From Planctomycetota bacterium (lineage in GTDB: Bacteria > Planctomycetota > UBA1135 > UBA2386), in assembly GCA_965228735.1 (NCBI GenBank), contig OZ245838.1:3840001-3904000 (forward strand): DNA of 64,000 nt, written 5' to 3'. Positions 61,384 to 64,000 of this stretch are shown one piece after another (within the stretch, counting starts at the first letter, position 1; every line of letters begins with the position of its first letter). A program made the translations under genes and the position numbers. The notes below the pieces were generated by a model. The model did not search any database and was not told where the DNA came from. It saw nothing but the letters and a program-made list of their open reading frames with translations.

Positions 61384-62397
61384 CTACGCCGCCGCGTAGG
61401 CGCTCAGCAACCGCGAGACTTCCTGCTCCGGATGGAACCGCCGGCGGAAGTCCTCGCGCACGCGCACGCCGAGCGCGCCGGCCGCCGAACGATTGCGGTA
61501 CAGGGCGAGGATCGCCTTGCACATCGCGTCGTCGTCGTCGAAGAGCAGCCCCGTCTCCTTGTGCCGGATCAGCTCCTTGTTGCCCGGCACGTTCGCGGCA
61601 ACCACCGGGCGGCCGAGCATGCCGGCCTCGAGGATGGTCGGCGCCGCACCCTCGCACTCGCTCGTGTTGAGCACGACGTCCGCGTCGAGGTAGGCCGCGC
61701 CCATGCGGGAGTGCGCGAGTGCGGGCAGCACGCGGATACCGGGTTCGCCCTTGGCCTGCTCGCGCACCTCGCGCGCATACTCGACGTCCTGATCCGGACC
61801 GGCGAGGATCATCTCGACGTCGGCGCCGGCCTTGCGCAGGATGCGCACGACCTTCATCGCGCGGTGCTGGCCCTTGATCGGCCGCAGGCCGCCGGGCAAG
61901 AACACGAGGAACCGCTGGCGCGGAATGCCGAGACTGCGACGCAGATCCGTGCCGTCGGTCGCGAGGCGCTCGGCCGATCGCGGCACGATGTCGATGCGGC
62001 CGACGGCGTCGGGCACCCGTTCTTCGACGAGCAGCGCGGCTTCACTGTTCGGCACGAGCACGCGGTGGCTGCGCGCGAGCACCTCGCAGACGAGCGCGCC
62101 GTGATTCTCGTCGAGCATGTCGTGGTGCAGGTCCTCACCGCTGACGGACACGACCCACGGCAGCTTGAGGCCGAGCAGCGGCACCCCGCTGCGCAGCGCG
62201 TCGTGCGCGTGCACGATGTCCGGCTTGAAGCGTTCGATCGCGCCCTCGAGCGACTGCTTGATGCCGCCCTCGTCGGTGTCGCCGAAGATCTCGCACAGGT
62301 GACCGCGCTCCTGCAACCGTTCGCGGTAGCGCGCCACGGTGGACCAGCCACCGAGGTGCAGGTGCGACGGGGCAGGCGTGAGCAGCAGGACCTTCAT
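61384..62397 (-). CDS. Glycosyltransferase family 4 (SenB/GPMC-system-like)
   Basis: HAHDALRS, SGEDL, LPGGLRPIKG, NTSECEG..ILEA, PGNKELI. Confidence 0.82.
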   Translation of the reverse strand: MKVLLLTPAPSHLHLGGWSTVARYRERLQERGHLCEIFGDTDEGGIKQSLEGAIERFKPDIVHAHDALRSGVPLLGLKLPWVVSVSGEDLHHDMLDENHGALVCEVLARSHRVLVPNSEAALLVEERVPDAVGRIDIVPRSAERLATDGTDLRRSLGIPRQRFLVFLPGGLRPIKGQHRAMKVVRILRKAGADVEMILAGPDQDVEYAREVREQAKGEPGIRVLPALAHSRMGAAYLDADVVLNTSECEGAAPTILEAGMLGRPVVAANVPGNKELIRHKETGLLFDDDDAMCKAILALYRNRSAAGALGVRVREDFRRRFHPEQEVSRLLSAYAAA

Positions 62398-62492
62398 GCT
62401 TTCCGTCCTTTCGGCAATCGCGGCGGTCCCTCTACAGGCCCTCGGGGCGAACCCGCACTCGCGCCGCGGCGGCGGATCCGGCGCCCGAGCCC

Positions 62493-63299
62493 TCAGCTGC
62501 GCCTGCCGGCGCACGCCCGCCGCAGCGCCGCGGCCCGCTTCGGATCGACCGGGTTGTCGACCTTGCCACCGCGCTTGACCGCGCTGCCGACGATCGCGCC
62601 ATCGCACCGCGGCCACAGCGTCTCGGCGTTGTCGATCGCGAGACCCGAGCCGAGCCAGGTCGGGAACGCGCCGACGGCCGCCCGCACGGTGTCGAATACT
62701 GCGACATCCACGGGCTGGCCGGTCCGGTCGCCGGACAGCACGATGCCGGCCGCGCCGCTGCGTTCCGCGAGGTCCGCCGCGGCCACCGCAACGTCGCTGC
62801 TGCCGAGCGGCGTCGCGTGCTTGACGTGCACGTCGGCCAGCACGTCGATGCGCGCGGCCGCCTTGCCGAGCTGCTGCTTGTACGCCAGCAGTCGCGCGGC
62901 CTCGCCCTCGATGATGCCCTGATCGGTCGCATACGCGCCGCTGAGCACGTTGACCCGGATCCATTGTGCGCCGCACACGGCCGCCGCACCGAGCGCGGAG
63001 CGCCCGTCGTTGCGCAGGCAGTTGATCGCGATCGGCAGCTCGTAGCGTTCGGCGAGCTCCGCGCCCACGACCGCGAGCGCAGCGGGTACCGCCGGATCGA
63101 CCGGGTCGTCGGCCGTGCCCTTGCGAAACGGCGCGTCCCCGAAGTTCTCGATCACGAGGCCGTCGAAGCCTGCGGCGTGGTAGGCGGCCGCATCCGCGGA
63201 CGCGCGCTGCCGCACGTCGCGCATGCCGCGATGCCCCACGGAGCCGGGCAACGCGAGCAGGTGCACGACGCCGAGCAACGGCTGCCGGCGCGCGCTCAC
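62493..63299 (-). CDS. BtpA/SgcQ family protein
   Basis: GVVHLLALPGS, IENFGDAPF, NCLRND, ADVHVKH; GTGA overlap. Confidence 0.9.
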   Translation of the reverse strand: MSARRQPLLGVVHLLALPGSVGHRGMRDVRQRASADAAAYHAAGFDGLVIENFGDAPFRKGTADDPVDPAVPAALAVVGAELAERYELPIAINCLRNDGRSALGAAAVCGAQWIRVNVLSGAYATDQGIIEGEAARLLAYKQQLGKAAARIDVLADVHVKHATPLGSSDVAVAAADLAERSGAAGIVLSGDRTGQPVDVAVFDTVRAAVGAFPTWLGSGLAIDNAETLWPRCDGAIVGSAVKRGGKVDNPVDPKRAAALRRACAGRRS

Positions 63300-64000
63300 G
63301 ACCCGCCTCCGGCGCTGGCCTTCGGGTGCGTTCGCGGCGGCGTGCCGCCGCCCGCGAGCAGCGCCCGCAACCACAGCTTCGAGCCGCGCCAACTGCGACA
63401 GAACGTGCGCGCCTCGCGCATCAACACGCGGGCGCCGGCCGGGTCACGGGCCAGCAGCCGCGCCTCCGCGAGGTCGAGTCGGCTCTCGCACTGCCGCCGC
63501 GCGATCAGCTGCAGGAAGTGCGCCTCGCCGGCGTGCTGGGTCGAGACCTTGCGCATCACCGCGCCGAGGCTCTGCAAGAACACGTCGTCGGCCAGGGCCT
63601 CGCGCGCGGCGACACGATGGAACGCGAGCGGCTCGCCGAGATAGGCCACGGGCTCGCCGTGCGCCAACCGCAACCACAGGTCGTAGTCGGCCAGCGGCGC
63701 GAGCTCGGGCCGTTCGTCGAAACCGCCGGCCGCGAGGAACCGATCGCGCCACACCGCCGTCGTCGAACACACGATCGGGTTGCTCTGGATCAGCCGTTCC
63801 TGCGTAAGCACGGACGCGACCTTCTGGTCCGCGTTCTTCCGGCCGGCGACGCGATCCCCGACGACGAGCCACGCGTCGGTCGCGAGACAACTGGCGCCGA
63901 GATCCGCGAGCTCCTCGAGCACACGGTCGAGCTTGTCCGGCGCGAACCAATCCTCGGCATCGAGGAACGCGACGACGTCGGTGGTGAGTTCCTCGACCCC
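63296..64000 (-). CDS. Glycosyltransferase family 2, 3' part (runs off window)
   Basis: VAFLDAEDWFAPDKL, GGFDE, DYDLWLRL. Confidence 0.85.
   Translation of the reverse strand, partial: GVEELTTDVVAFLDAEDWFAPDKLDRVLEELADLGASCLATDAWLVVGDRVAGRKNADQKVASVLTQERLIQSNPIVCSTTAVWRDRFLAAGGFDERPELAPLADYDLWLRLAHGEPVAYLGEPLAFHRVAAREALADDVFLQSLGAVMRKVSTQHAGEAHFLQLIARRQCESRLDLAEARLLARDPAGARVLMREARTFCRSWRGSKLWLRALLAGGGTPPRTHPKASAGGGS

Overview
High-GC bacterial chromosome segment, probably from an uncultured Planctomycetota-like organism (inferred from three sulfatases, a PQQ-type propeller and lineage-style secreted proteins). It carries about 60 mostly stand-alone genes and is rich in oxidative-stress and DNA-repair functions (furA-katG, dps, ferritin-like, egtB, glutaredoxin-MauE, cry-DASH, nei, alkD). 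I found no rRNA, tRNA, CRISPR array or transposase. Best hit: a thioredoxin-fold gene (43346-44089) that the ORF track truncates, because an in-frame TGA sits exactly at the catalytic position (FLRHLG-U-IFTRE, a UxxT motif). It is a candidate selenoprotein with a helical C-terminal fusion and is translationally coupled to a membrane partner. Other signals: a pervasive nAnnnT-N6-ATG pattern suggesting leaderless transcription, a PhnD-like gene with no canonical start between DUF427 and egtB, a SenB-like glycosyltransferase, a structured leader on a desaturase/DEAD-helicase operon, a possibly circularly permuted secreted domain, an AbiEii-type TA pair and lower-GC orphan genes. All family calls come from motif recognition; no database searches were run.
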